A stretch of DNA of 64,000 bases from Escherichia coli (GTDB lineage: Bacteria; Pseudomonadota; Gammaproteobacteria; Enterobacterales; Enterobacteriaceae). A program made the translations under genes and the position numbers. The stretch is from NCBI RefSeq assembly GCF_030384885.1, contig NZ_CP128615.1; one strand, written 5' to 3'. The notes below the pieces were generated by a model. The model did no database searches, was not told the DNA's origin, and saw only the letters and a list, made by a program, of their open reading frames with translations. Shown piece by piece: positions 8,002 to 19,100 of this stretch (positions are counted from its first letter, which is position 1; each line of letters starts with the position of its first letter).

Positions 8002-10674
8002 TTAGAAAAAATCATCTTGGAATGCCAAATCAATGGTTACCGCGTATTGGCTATAACGGGTTCTCATTTCCGCATTCTCAAGAACTAATGTGTATTGAGC
8101 GTTTCTATCGAACTGGGAGCCAATAAGCTTTAACCTAGCTTCGCGAGTACGTTCATCCATCACTTTACTCACGCTATCAAAGTTAATCGTTTCACGACTG
8201 GAGACTTCATTACCTTGTGCATCGACGATATAGACATCCAACAACCGTGCGACGAAACGCTCGCCTACAGGGTCTGTCTGAATAAATCTGACCTTGTCGA
8301 TATTGTTTACTAATTTGATGGGCTGAGTGGCTGCTACAACACCTACCGGTTGTTTCTCATGTTTTGCTGCTTGTTCTTTTTGTAGCTCTCGCACATGTAG
8401 TACCGGTACGCAGACTTCCTGTAGCATCGCTCCGCCATGCACAAACTTAGCACCACCAACGAAGTGGAAGCGTTGAGCCGCTTTTGGAAGCAGGAACTCG
8501 GTATCACTTGAGCCATGAGCCGTATCGTTAATTGAGCCTTTCCAACAGGCTTCATCTGAAGGCAAGTTATTACCAACGATATAACGTTTCTTGGCTTCTA
8601 TCGCTCCAGCAGGTTTGGTTTTCAACGAGGTTTTGTCAGCCGCTACAAGTGCTTTTTGTTGGAAGAGGAAGCCATGGTCAGCAGTGATCACAACTCGGCT
8701 GCCGTTTAGACGGTTGATGACCCGCCCAACGAGGTCTTTTAGCTCTTCAATGGCACTACGACAGGCTTCAAACGTTTTCTCTTCAGTTGCTGCCTTATCA
8801 CCAATCGCATCAATGGTATCGTGATAGATATAAACGACTTCTACGTCTCGAACCTTGTCACGCCCCTCCTGGTTACTCCAGCTCATCAGTTCCTTAGAAC
8901 TCACTGCCATACCACCTACTTTTTGTAGGATGGCGTTGCGGTTGTCTAGACCCTGTGAAGAAATACCATCCACATAAACAGCCGTGCCTTGCTCTGGCTG
9001 GTAACTGAGCGCCTTATGAGGCAATAATGCCGCCATCCCAAGTTGGGTATAACTCGGCAAAACGCCCAACTGCGTAGACACCTCAGCCTTAAATCGCTTC
9101 TCGTTGTTAATGATAGCGCCAAGCTCATTCGCAATTTCAAAACGCAGGGCATCAGAGATGATCACAAACACTCGTTTTGTCTGTTTCAGACTCAGTCGTG
9201 TGCGAACTTCTTTTTCATAGAAGTCATACTGGTGCGGTACGCCAGAAATCTGCCACTTTTCAAGTAATTTTTCATTGGCCAAGTGACGATCCCATGCAAG
9301 GCCAAGCTCATACAAGTACCAGTTGGTATAAATGCTTTCGACTTCGTCGTCGAGCTGACGCAGTATGTCTGCACCTTTACTCAATACAGAGTGCACATGC
9401 TCATTGAACAAACGGTAAGCCTGGTCAAAACGATAAATGTCTGTGGTATAGGCGTCGTACATTGCTTTCGCGTTATCAAAGTGGAACCCATCCACATAGC
9501 GATTTCGCAAGTGCATTAACTCTTCAGCGTTGCGGATAGCTTCATAAATTGCGAAGTATTCTTTGCGTGACAATGTCCAGTGGCTAGAAAGACGTCTTGA
9601 TAAGACCGTATCAAACTGAACCCGGTCTAGCGCTTTACTGCTATCGAGCAAATCACGAACTAAACCACGGATTATGGCCTGTTCCACAGCTTCGAACGTT
9701 TCGCATTCGATAAGCTCAACCGGATGGTACTGCCCAGCACGAGTCGAAATTTCCAACTGTTGGCTAAGCACCTTAGAGATGCTTTCGTAGTAAGCGGCGA
9801 AAGAGCGGCTGTCGCGCCAGCTCACCATAAACGCCAAGGCTGTCGCCCGGCCTGATGCGCTTTTTAGAACATTGTTAAGCAACCAATCGCGTTCAACACC
9901 TTCAATTTGGCTCCAGAATTCAGTACAGAATAATTTCAACACGAAGTCTGAGAAGGTTGGCTCTTCAACTGTATAGCCAAAACCCTCACTCAGATATGCC
10001 CAGAGTGAGGTCTCAAGATCAAACTTTCCTAGCTGGCTCCATAAAGGTTGACCAAGGCTTTCATCTTCGATATAAGCCGCATATTCGCGTAGTAACCCAA
10101 GCAGAATGTCCGACAAAGACGCAGAATCAGCTTTTACAACCACTGCCATCATCTTTCTGTCTAACGACAGTTCGTCTTCGTTCTCAGTCACCCACTTTTT
10201 TAAACCGGCTATGCGCTGTTTATTGGCAAAAAAGCTCTGGCGCTTACGAATGTGCGTGCGAAGCGCCATTTTCGGAATACCCAGCTCATTAAGCAGCATT
10301 GAGCTGTGATCAGCAAAAAACTGCTCGCTATACAAACGCACGTCTAGCAACCAATCGCGGTCAGGCTCTGGCTCAGCGCTTGGAAAATAGATAAGGAATT
10401 TAGCTTCACGCTCATCTACTTCAATGCGTTTTTTCACTGCCAATACAGACTCATTGCCCATATTGAGGATGGTCAAATCATTTGGAAGCACCCGTGCAGT
10501 TTTATCCGCCGATTTATCGTCTGTTTCTTTTGCAAGCCCTTCTTTTGCAATAGAGAGGGCGTTAGCTAAATGCTCAAGCTCTTCAGTAAAGCTTTGCTCT
10601 GGGTCGTACCAAAACACAATGCGGCTTTGTTCAAATTTGGCAGCAACGCCTTGTGCCAGTTCACTAATCTGCAT
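8002..10674 (-). CDS. pglZ: PglZ (alkaline-phosphatase-superfamily BREX protein)
   Basis: 890 aa; VFVIISDALRFE and ITADHGF metal-site-like motifs; 1-nt overlap with pglX. Confidence 0.9.
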   Translation of the reverse strand: MQISELAQGVAAKFEQSRIVFWYDPEQSFTEELEHLANALSIAKEGLAKETDDKSADKTARVLPNDLTILNMGNESVLAVKKRIEVDEREAKFLIYFPSAEPEPDRDWLLDVRLYSEQFFADHSSMLLNELGIPKMALRTHIRKRQSFFANKQRIAGLKKWVTENEDELSLDRKMMAVVVKADSASLSDILLGLLREYAAYIEDESLGQPLWSQLGKFDLETSLWAYLSEGFGYTVEEPTFSDFVLKLFCTEFWSQIEGVERDWLLNNVLKSASGRATALAFMVSWRDSRSFAAYYESISKVLSQQLEISTRAGQYHPVELIECETFEAVEQAIIRGLVRDLLDSSKALDRVQFDTVLSRRLSSHWTLSRKEYFAIYEAIRNAEELMHLRNRYVDGFHFDNAKAMYDAYTTDIYRFDQAYRLFNEHVHSVLSKGADILRQLDDEVESIYTNWYLYELGLAWDRHLANEKLLEKWQISGVPHQYDFYEKEVRTRLSLKQTKRVFVIISDALRFEIANELGAIINNEKRFKAEVSTQLGVLPSYTQLGMAALLPHKALSYQPEQGTAVYVDGISSQGLDNRNAILQKVGGMAVSSKELMSWSNQEGRDKVRDVEVVYIYHDTIDAIGDKAATEEKTFEACRSAIEELKDLVGRVINRLNGSRVVITADHGFLFQQKALVAADKTSLKTKPAGAIEAKKRYIVGNNLPSDEACWKGSINDTAHGSSDTEFLLPKAAQRFHFVGGAKFVHGGAMLQEVCVPVLHVRELQKEQAAKHEKQPVGVVAATQPIKLVNNIDKVRFIQTDPVGERFVARLLDVYIVDAQGNEVSSRETINFDSVSKVMDERTREARLKLIGSQFDRNAQYTLVLENAEMRTRYSQYAVTIDLAFQDDFF

Positions 10675-13600
10675 TAGTTAACCTCCGGGGCCGAACCGGT
10701 AATGGCCTTAACATCAGCCAACAGATCACCAAACTTGCCGTAATTCACTTTCACGCCATCATCCAAATCCAGTGAAATACGCATATCAGCGTAGTGTTTT
10801 AGCTTGTCATCAAACTCGCGTAGTTCAACCTGTTTCTTGATTAAGGCATCCAACTCTTTCTTGAAGCGGTTCGCTTCACTGGTCGAGTCTGCCGTTTCAA
10901 TCTGCTTCTCAAGCTGCTCTGCATAAGCATCGTATTTGCCGAGTAACGGGGTGACATACTCGGTACGCATACGCGAAAGCGTGCCCTCGTTGTAACGGTG
11001 CAGGTAAACCAGGCACTCAAAAGCCTTCTGTTTGCCTGAGCTAAACAACCAATAAATAGGACGTTTTTTGTATGTCTTCAGGTGGTCTTTGTAGAATTGA
11101 GTCGATAAATAGCGGCGGATCGTCTCAAGAGCTGATTCTGATTTTTTGGGCTTTATGGCATTTAAGCACAGAGACTCTGCAACAAAATCGAGATTTTCTT
11201 GTAAGTGTTCTTCACCCCAAACAACTTGGACAAACTCGCGGAAACGATTGGTTGCGTCGTCCTTGAACCATTCTTGGTCGGTTAGGGGAATGATGCCATT
11301 TTCGTCGGCAGCAAAAGATTGATAAGCACCTTCGGCAACGAGTTTATCAAACCCATAATTACAAGCATGAGCGTAGACTAAGCCTTCACGATCAAGAGAG
11401 TAACGCCCCATCATGCAACCAATGGAGTAACTAATGAGTTCACAGGTTGTATCAGATTTTAACTTACTTAAATCAGTAGAATTTTCATATCGAAAAGCAG
11501 GGTTAGCAAATAATGATAGTGTTGAAATATCTATTGAAACCGGCACCGAAATTCCAAAATCATTGCATATTAAAGAATTAACTTCACTTTCCAAATTGGC
11601 TTGTTCATTAACTAGATTTAACTTCACTTCATTTAGAACCTGATAAGATTCAGCAATTTTGGCACGTTTTATTTTACACAGAGGCGAACATTCAAAGTTC
11701 CATGACGTTTCGTACATATCCCAATCAACCTTTGCGTTGGAAATTAAATCGCTCACCTTTTCAAACAATGCTTCTTTGTCAGCCTTATTGAAAATTGCCG
11801 GCAATGAGGCTATTTGACTCGTTTCATAGTTAAGCGTTGGCGAAATGATTTTTAACTGTTCCAGCACTACAGATGAGTTTAACTGAGCCAATAAGGCATA
11901 TTCTTCAATTCGAGAATTAAGAAATACTGATGCACCTGCAACGTCAAATATCGCTCCTTCAGGCTGCCATCTGAACGATGGAATTCCACTCGAAATTTTT
12001 GACCAAGTTACTGAGCTACGAAAATAAAATGCACCATTTTTCACAGTTCTAGTAGGAGACCCATACAAACTTTTAGCGTATGCAAATACCTCTTCACCTG
12101 CATTTTCCCAATTAATTACGTATTCCTGATTGCCATACCATTTTCTATATGAACCGCCTTTATTATATGGAAACCATTTGAATCCTGAGGATTCAGCTTC
12201 ATCTTTAGAACTAGAGTCATACATTGAGGTGTTTACTGGAACTTCATGCCATAGCCTTAAGAATCTATTATTATCACTTGTTTGACACCCAACTCTAGTT
12301 TTAGCAACTGACGATATTGGCGCGTCCATAAATGTATTTAATATTTCCTTGGCAACCCAATAAGCAATCGGACTCCCAGGAATCTTTTTGAAATCATCCT
12401 GAGCTGTCGCTGCAAATTCATTCTCTCTATTGAGCAATGCTTTTTGCTTTTCTTCTTCATTGCCATCTATCAGCCTATAAAAGGTAGGTTGATAATGATT
12501 GATGTGCTTATTTTGAATAATCCAGGCAGTAGTCTGTACAACCTCGCCACTAATCTGACTAAAAGCGCGTGCACCGAGGTGAGCCATAGTAATAAATGTA
12601 TGGTCTTCCAATAAATTGTTTCTTAGTTGCTCATAACTCGACAAGAACATCCACGATTGCATATTGATTTGAGCATTAAATCCATATTGAGAAAGCAATT
12701 TAAATGCTCGCTCCATAAAAATGGCAAACAAGTCTGATTTACTATTTGGGTATTGTTTCTTAGCAAACTCTTTCAAATCTGCATTCATTCCTTTTGCTCC
12801 CATATAGGGAGGATTAGCAATCACAGCATCGTAACGAATAGATAAAACCAAAGCCTGGTGAACAAACTCAATCAATTGCTTCGCTGCCAGCTTCTGCATT
12901 GAGTCGCCTGACTCTTGTAGCTCTACTAGCGTGCTCAGGAGCTCTTTTAGCTGTTCATGGTCATCGCTTGGTACATCAATCAATGAACCAAAGGTCTTGG
13001 CTTGAGTAAATCTTGCCAACGTTCGCTTCAGCAGTTGGTAGCGGTTGTCTGCATTGAACGAGCTTAAATCTTGCTCTTCGTCAGAGAACAGTCCTTGTGA
13101 TGTGCCGCTTTGCCAACTTCCCGATAGGTTGAGTGCTTTCCATAAGGTCGGCAGATCAATATGGTTACTTTCCTGCAATGACAGTACATTGAGTCGCACG
13201 TTACGGGTAAAAATACGCTTGTCGTCATCTCTCGCCATCATCATCAGGGCAAAGCCAGATAGCTGTGCTGCACGATCATCTATGTCCAAGCCGAAGAGGT
13301 TGTTCTCCAGGATCATCTTTGGAATGTCACGAGAGCGGAAACCACGTTCTTCGTAGATGGCTTTTAGTACGTTGTAAGCTTCAATCAGTATGTGGCCCGA
13401 GCCACAAGCGGGATCGAGTACTTTGATGGTTTCAGGTTCAATCGATTCTGGCGTAATAGCCTTTAGCTGTTGGTTAACTTCGTCAGATTGCTGCGCAGGC
13501 TCAATGTAGTATTCCATCTGGCTTTTAATGGCAGAGTCTGGGTAGGTTTGCAGCCATTGACGACCGACTGAGTTTTGTACCAGGTACTTTACAATCCAGT

Positions 13601-14342
13601 TAGGTGTAAATAGCTGAGTAGCGGCAGGAATGTCTTCACTTTTGACTACTTTTCCGATGACCTGATCTTTCTTTTCAGAAATGTAGAATTGGTAAAGCCA
13701 ACCAATCACTTCGACTTGTTGCCAGTCCTCTTCAGGGATGCCGTCTACCAATCCACGCAGAATGGAGTCGGTACGCATTAGGTTGTCTGGTAGCAGAAGC
13801 TCTGTTTCATCGTCCAATGCGTCAAATAAGAAAGGCATCGCTTCATGTAGCTTATGGCACTGGCCTAACAGCAGTTCACGATACAGCTCTTCGTCTTTGT
13901 TGCCCGCAAGCTTGAGTTCAACAATGCGAGCTCTATCTAATCCGAGTTCATCCGCAGCGTCTTGGGCATGGTCGATAATTTCAAAGCCTTTAGGGTTGTC
14001 TGGGTGCGACAAAACACGAAAACCGTGGCCTAGATAGTCATGGATTTCCATATAGCGAATAGCACACAGACGGTTGAACCAGGTATAAGCTACTTGTTCA
14101 ATAAGTTGTGCATACCCAAGTTTCTGGCTTCTGGCTACTATGCGTTTTCTGGGCTCGGCCAGTTTACCGTCAAAACTGTTACCAGCGATTTGAAGCACAG
14201 AACCTTGTAGATTCGCTTCTGCAATTTGTAGCTCGCCCTTTTTATTCGCGGTGATACCAAAGGTATTTAATCGTTTAGCTACCGCATCCATAAATTCGCG
14301 GCGCGCTTTTGGTGCGTATTTTTTAATGTTGTTCGTATTCAT
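10674..14342 (-). CDS. pglX: PglX, BREX N6-adenine DNA methyltransferase/specificity subunit
   Basis: 1222 aa; LDPACGSGHIL (SAM-binding) and VIANPPYMG (NPPY motif IV). Confidence 0.9.
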   Translation of the reverse strand: MNTNNIKKYAPKARREFMDAVAKRLNTFGITANKKGELQIAEANLQGSVLQIAGNSFDGKLAEPRKRIVARSQKLGYAQLIEQVAYTWFNRLCAIRYMEIHDYLGHGFRVLSHPDNPKGFEIIDHAQDAADELGLDRARIVELKLAGNKDEELYRELLLGQCHKLHEAMPFLFDALDDETELLLPDNLMRTDSILRGLVDGIPEEDWQQVEVIGWLYQFYISEKKDQVIGKVVKSEDIPAATQLFTPNWIVKYLVQNSVGRQWLQTYPDSAIKSQMEYYIEPAQQSDEVNQQLKAITPESIEPETIKVLDPACGSGHILIEAYNVLKAIYEERGFRSRDIPKMILENNLFGLDIDDRAAQLSGFALMMMARDDDKRIFTRNVRLNVLSLQESNHIDLPTLWKALNLSGSWQSGTSQGLFSDEEQDLSSFNADNRYQLLKRTLARFTQAKTFGSLIDVPSDDHEQLKELLSTLVELQESGDSMQKLAAKQLIEFVHQALVLSIRYDAVIANPPYMGAKGMNADLKEFAKKQYPNSKSDLFAIFMERAFKLLSQYGFNAQINMQSWMFLSSYEQLRNNLLEDHTFITMAHLGARAFSQISGEVVQTTAWIIQNKHINHYQPTFYRLIDGNEEEKQKALLNRENEFAATAQDDFKKIPGSPIAYWVAKEILNTFMDAPISSVAKTRVGCQTSDNNRFLRLWHEVPVNTSMYDSSSKDEAESSGFKWFPYNKGGSYRKWYGNQEYVINWENAGEEVFAYAKSLYGSPTRTVKNGAFYFRSSVTWSKISSGIPSFRWQPEGAIFDVAGASVFLNSRIEEYALLAQLNSSVVLEQLKIISPTLNYETSQIASLPAIFNKADKEALFEKVSDLISNAKVDWDMYETSWNFECSPLCKIKRAKIAESYQVLNEVKLNLVNEQANLESEVNSLICNDFGISVPVSIDISTLSLFANPAFRYENSTDLSKLKSDTTCELISYSIGCMMGRYSLDREGLVYAHACNYGFDKLVAEGAYQSFAADENGIIPLTDQEWFKDDATNRFREFVQVVWGEEHLQENLDFVAESLCLNAIKPKKSESALETIRRYLSTQFYKDHLKTYKKRPIYWLFSSGKQKAFECLVYLHRYNEGTLSRMRTEYVTPLLGKYDAYAEQLEKQIETADSTSEANRFKKELDALIKKQVELREFDDKLKHYADMRISLDLDDGVKVNYGKFGDLLADVKAITGSAPEVN

Positions 14343-14357
14343 ATGATCTTGCGCCTC

Positions 14358-16121
14358 TTATTCTGTCTCTACGCTGTTTGCGGGTTGTAATGCGGTTCTA
14401 ATGCGGGCAAGCAGTGTTTCCTGACGCTCGCGGTAAAAGTCCATAAACTGGTTTAGTTGTTCAGGTAATGATGTTATGGCTTGCGATTGCAGATGTGCTT
14501 GTCTTGCATTCACATCAGGCCACTGCTGCGCATACCATTCATGGGGCATTTTTTGCCGCTTCTGGTTGTTGATTGTCCCTTCCAACAGTTGAAGGTTTGG
14601 CAGCTTGTTAGATGCCTCGATGAGTTCATCTAGCTGTTCAGCTGGGACACCAACTTTTGCAAGCTTGTTACGCGTAAACAAACCTTTGGGGTAAATGTGG
14701 TCCACATGAAAGTGTCGTGAAAAATCGAATCCTGGGAACAACAAAGTCAACAAGGCAAAGGTACGCGGATTACCATAATCCAACTGCGCTAGTTCACTAA
14801 TTTCCTCTGGGTCAAAGCGCAACGATTTACCACGCTGTTGCATGGTCGCTTCAATTTTCGCTAGCGGGAAACCCGTATCACCCGATTGTTTAATGTCTGA
14901 GCGAAGCATAGTAAGCAGGGTATCCAAACCACTTCCCCAGATGCCTGACGCTTTCAACAACGACCTAATGAGCCAGTTTCTGATGCATTCTCTATCGACC
15001 GCATATTCAACCCTAGAAAGGTAGCTTGCCGTTAACTTTCGGTGGTGCAGGTAATAGGCTAACGGGAGGATGGCACTTGTTGCTCTGAGGTTTTGTGCAT
15101 TAAAACCAAAACTTGCCAGCAACTGCATTGAGAGCAATAACGCATCACGAATTGGCGTCCAGTTCTTTTCGAGAATCGCCATATTTTCCTTGTTAAAGTT
15201 CTCAACCTTAAAGCCCACGCTACCGATGTCAGAGAGCATTAAGCCTGCTTTTAAAACGAGATCTTTTGATACGTTGAATCCATCACCAACACGGTTCATC
15301 TCATCCACTAAGGCATGAATTTCTTCACGGGCATCTAACGAGCTCCACTGCGCTACGGCTATTGAAAGTAGTAAGTCTGAGTAGGACAAAGTAGTGCCGC
15401 CGCTATTCATGCGGATAAAGATATTCAGAACACGTTCAAGGCTCTGATCACTTTCTTCGTAAAACGAAATCTTATCTTTGTCATGGATAGTTCGATACAA
15501 GTGACGAAGAGTTGAGCGAGCCTCTTTGCGTTGCTCCGAGCTCAACCTAGCATCATCAGCAACTTCATCGATAAGTGCATCTTCTTCCTCTTCCATGATC
15601 CGGCCTACACGGAACCAGTATTGTTCAGATGCATCCAAAGAGGCTTTATCGTCGGTTAGGAACTCAAAGTCATACATCGACCCAGTTTCTAAGTCGGGCT
15701 GGCTTAACAGATTTAAGTGAAGCCTGCGCACTGGGAAGGCGTCATCATTGCTCCACCATTTACCTGTCAGCTTCCACGCAAATGAGCCGCGTAGGCCGAT
15801 GTTCAAAGCGGTAATCCGCTGCTGTCCATCTAGGACGGCAATGAACTCACGCTCTGGTAACTGAGTGACATTTTCACAATGGTAGTTATCTCGCTCATGG
15901 TAATGCTGCATGAACTGATAAAACTGATAGCTATGCCGGTTCTCTGGTTTTATCTTCCAGAATAGAAAGGTCCCAAACGGGTAACCTTGCAACAGGCTAT
16001 CAAATAGACGACAGATCTGTTCTGGTCGCCATACAAACTCTCGCTGGATGGCCGGTAACAGGTATTCCTGCTCAGCAACCTTGTCGAGTAATGATCTTAT
16101 TGTTCCACCCGCTTGATACAT
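14358..16121 (-). CDS. DUF262/DUF1524 GmrSD-like (BrxU-like) putative type IV restriction enzyme embedded in the BREX operon
   Basis: 587 aa; N-terminal IQREFVW...LDGQQR (DUF262/ParB-like NTPase); C-terminal HVDHIYPK...LQLLEGTINNQK (His-Me/HNH-like DUF1524). Confidence 0.8.
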   Translation of the reverse strand: MYQAGGTIRSLLDKVAEQEYLLPAIQREFVWRPEQICRLFDSLLQGYPFGTFLFWKIKPENRHSYQFYQFMQHYHERDNYHCENVTQLPEREFIAVLDGQQRITALNIGLRGSFAWKLTGKWWSNDDAFPVRRLHLNLLSQPDLETGSMYDFEFLTDDKASLDASEQYWFRVGRIMEEEEDALIDEVADDARLSSEQRKEARSTLRHLYRTIHDKDKISFYEESDQSLERVLNIFIRMNSGGTTLSYSDLLLSIAVAQWSSLDAREEIHALVDEMNRVGDGFNVSKDLVLKAGLMLSDIGSVGFKVENFNKENMAILEKNWTPIRDALLLSMQLLASFGFNAQNLRATSAILPLAYYLHHRKLTASYLSRVEYAVDRECIRNWLIRSLLKASGIWGSGLDTLLTMLRSDIKQSGDTGFPLAKIEATMQQRGKSLRFDPEEISELAQLDYGNPRTFALLTLLFPGFDFSRHFHVDHIYPKGLFTRNKLAKVGVPAEQLDELIEASNKLPNLQLLEGTINNQKRQKMPHEWYAQQWPDVNARQAHLQSQAITSLPEQLNQFMDFYRERQETLLARIRTALQPANSVETE

Positions 16122-16137
16122 AGTTATCCGTTGCCTC

Positions 16138-19100
16138 TTACTTAATTCTTACTCGGTCGCCAGCTTTGACCGCAGCAATCAGCTGCTCTCTTAAAGCGGC
16201 AAGATAGGCATCAACTTCGGCTTCACTTTCAATGAATCCGGTTGTTACTGACTTAGCCATGGCATCGGTTGAGTTAATCGTTACGGTACGTTTTGCAACC
16301 GGCTGTGGCTGCACTGGTTCAGAGGCTGGCTCAGGTGCTGGAGCTGCTTTACCGGCTTTCGCTGCTTCCTCTTCGCGTGTCTGCTGTTCGAGTTCACGAC
16401 GTCTTTGCTCAGCTTCAGCTTTTTTGCGTTGATCTTCGATAAAGCCATTCAGCAACTCATAGGCTTCGTCCTCGTAACCTTCCGCTTCAGTTTGCTCACT
16501 GATAATTTGTGGTATTGAAGAGGTCGCTTCAATACGCTGTCTGCACATTTGTAACGGGCGCAGTGCTTGGTTCTGTAATTCAGACGGTGCATGAGCTTCA
16601 GCTAGCGCTTCTTTTACACGTCCGATGCGCAGATCAACACGCTCTAAGGCATGAGTGCGTTTTTCTTCAACCAATGTTGAGTTAATTTTTGCCACCTGCT
16701 CGATAAGCGGATTAATGTGGCGCAGCTGCTCATACGGCGAGGGCATATTGTAAATGCGTTCTAATTCAGTGAGCGCTTTTAATGCTTCACTGTCTTTTTC
16801 TAACGCAGGTCTATTGGCCTTAAACTTCTCGTTCAATGCGCCAGCAAGGGCTTGCCAAGTTTGAAATTGGCTATTGTAGAAGTCATCAAGATCCTCAAAG
16901 TCCTCAGCAAACTCTTCAAGGGCATCAGCGTTTTCTAAGAATCGGGTGATAAGAGCGAAGCTTGAAGTTTGCTCAAGAATACCCGCGACCAATGCAAGAC
17001 CATCGTCAATTTGAGATTTACCTGGGAAATGGCCTGTCTGTGACTTGGTTCTGAATGATTTAAGCTCTTCATTCCAAGCCAGTAATTCATCGCGCACTAA
17101 TTCGTAGAGCTCCTTTTCACCAGAGCCGGTAAAGGTTTTTGAAAAGATCTCTTTAACAAGACCAGCAGCCTTTTTGATTTGGCGCTCGTCATGTTGCCTG
17201 ATTTTATGTACACGGATCTCACCGCGTTTACGCACGCTGGTAAACGGCTCGTAAGCTTTTTTCAACGCCAGATCTGTGCCCTGGGTACTAAAAGATAACT
17301 TTCCAGCCAAGCCCAGCCTTGCAGTGAGCAATAAGATTTCATTGTCTGGCCAGCCATACGGGCGCTTGCCGAAGTGGGCAACGATGTCACGTAAGTAAAC
17401 AGGCTCATTACGCTCGACTTTTAGCGTTACGTACTGCTCAACCTCACGCGTAGCTTCTGGGTTACATTCATCCGCTTGAAGATCCAGTCCAATCTGAGCA
17501 ATATCATCAGCAACAAGTACGGCCTGTAGCTCACGCAAAACTTCACCAGGCGTCGCCTTGAGCATGTTCAATTTAGCGAAGGTGTTTTCGATAACGTATT
17601 TGTATGCTTCTTCGACGATGGCACTTGGCGTTGCTGATTTCTTCGGTAGTTTTGTGCCGATAGCGTAAACGTCAGCCTCTGCAAACAAAGCTTCAAAATC
17701 CGTTCTTAAGCGTTTTTCACGCTCAATATTTTCCATCTGCTTTTCGCGGAGAAGGTGTTCTTGCTCTGGTCGCTGTCCTGAATTTTGTTTTAAGAATCGG
17801 TCAGTTTTTATAAAGGTTGTCAGGTCATCCCAAAGACGTTTATGTTCGCCCAGCTTGACGAGCACGCACCCATCAGCCTCAAGCGTATGATTGATGCAGG
17901 CTTGATCGTGGGAGTAATTTTCAAAGTGCGAATCCAAAGGTGAAATGACTTTAATGACTAGATCTTCCAGCGTGGTGCCATCTTTTGGATGACCATTGCA
18001 AAAACGGCTCACCGCAAAGTCTTGCTTATTAATCGGGTATCGATAGGCACGATTACCTTTCAAAATACCGTCAAATACGATTGCTGAAAGCTTGTTAGAG
18101 ACCTCTGACATTTCAACGTCAGTGTGGCGGATCTCGTTTTCAATCTCTTTTTCTTCGTTGGTCAGGAAGATAAATTCATCACCATTACGCGCAATCAGCA
18201 ATTGGCGTTCAAGACGATTCAAGCTCTCTTCAATTTGTTTACGCAGCGCAATTTTATCTGCATCGATTCGATCAATTGACAGCGTCACAAGGTTGTCTAG
18301 TGTGCTTTTGACAACGTCCACATAACGGATCAAGAAAAGAGTTTTTAGAATCTTGCCATCGAATTCTGTTAAGGAATCCAACTCACAGGCTTGGTCAATC
18401 GTTCGCTTAACCGCTGGCTCCAAAAAGCTTTCAATCGGTGCATAGAAACTGTAAAACGGGATTAACACATCAAGGCCAGAGTCCTTCATCTGTTTTGCAG
18501 CTGATTGGAAAGCATCAAGTAATGAACGCTCACCCATGGCTAAGTGCTTACCCGTCGCGCCTTTTGTTCGAATTGACTCAAACACTTTTTGAACCAGCGT
18601 GTAGTGGTAAGGCACAAACGGATAGTTGTCCACGAAAGACGGAGCGTCGGTGTAGCCCTTTAGAGACGCAGTTGTCGTTTTATCAAATGTCAGCTGGTTA
18701 CGAAGAATGTCGCCCTTTTCAGCAAACACATCGATGAGGTGTGTACGAGCTTCTTCCGTTTTGGACAACAAACGCTTTTGAATAACTTCCGAGGTATTCG
18801 AGCTCGACAGCTGCAAGCGGGTACTAAAACGCCCTTGAATTTTAGAGAAGTCCTCGCCATCGCGCTTATCCATACCACCAATGGCAGCATCAATGTCTGC
18901 CTGAGAGGTAACAACGACCCAAGCTCTGCCACCACAATATGTGCCAAGATCTTCAGTAATGGTCTGAAGCTTCAACATCATTTGTGTGTTCTTACCGATA
19001 AACTGACCGACTTCATCGACTAAGAAAAGAAGGTTACGATCTCCAGTTCGATCTAAGTATTCATTAACCCACTTACAGAAGTTTCGGATATCTAGCGGGA

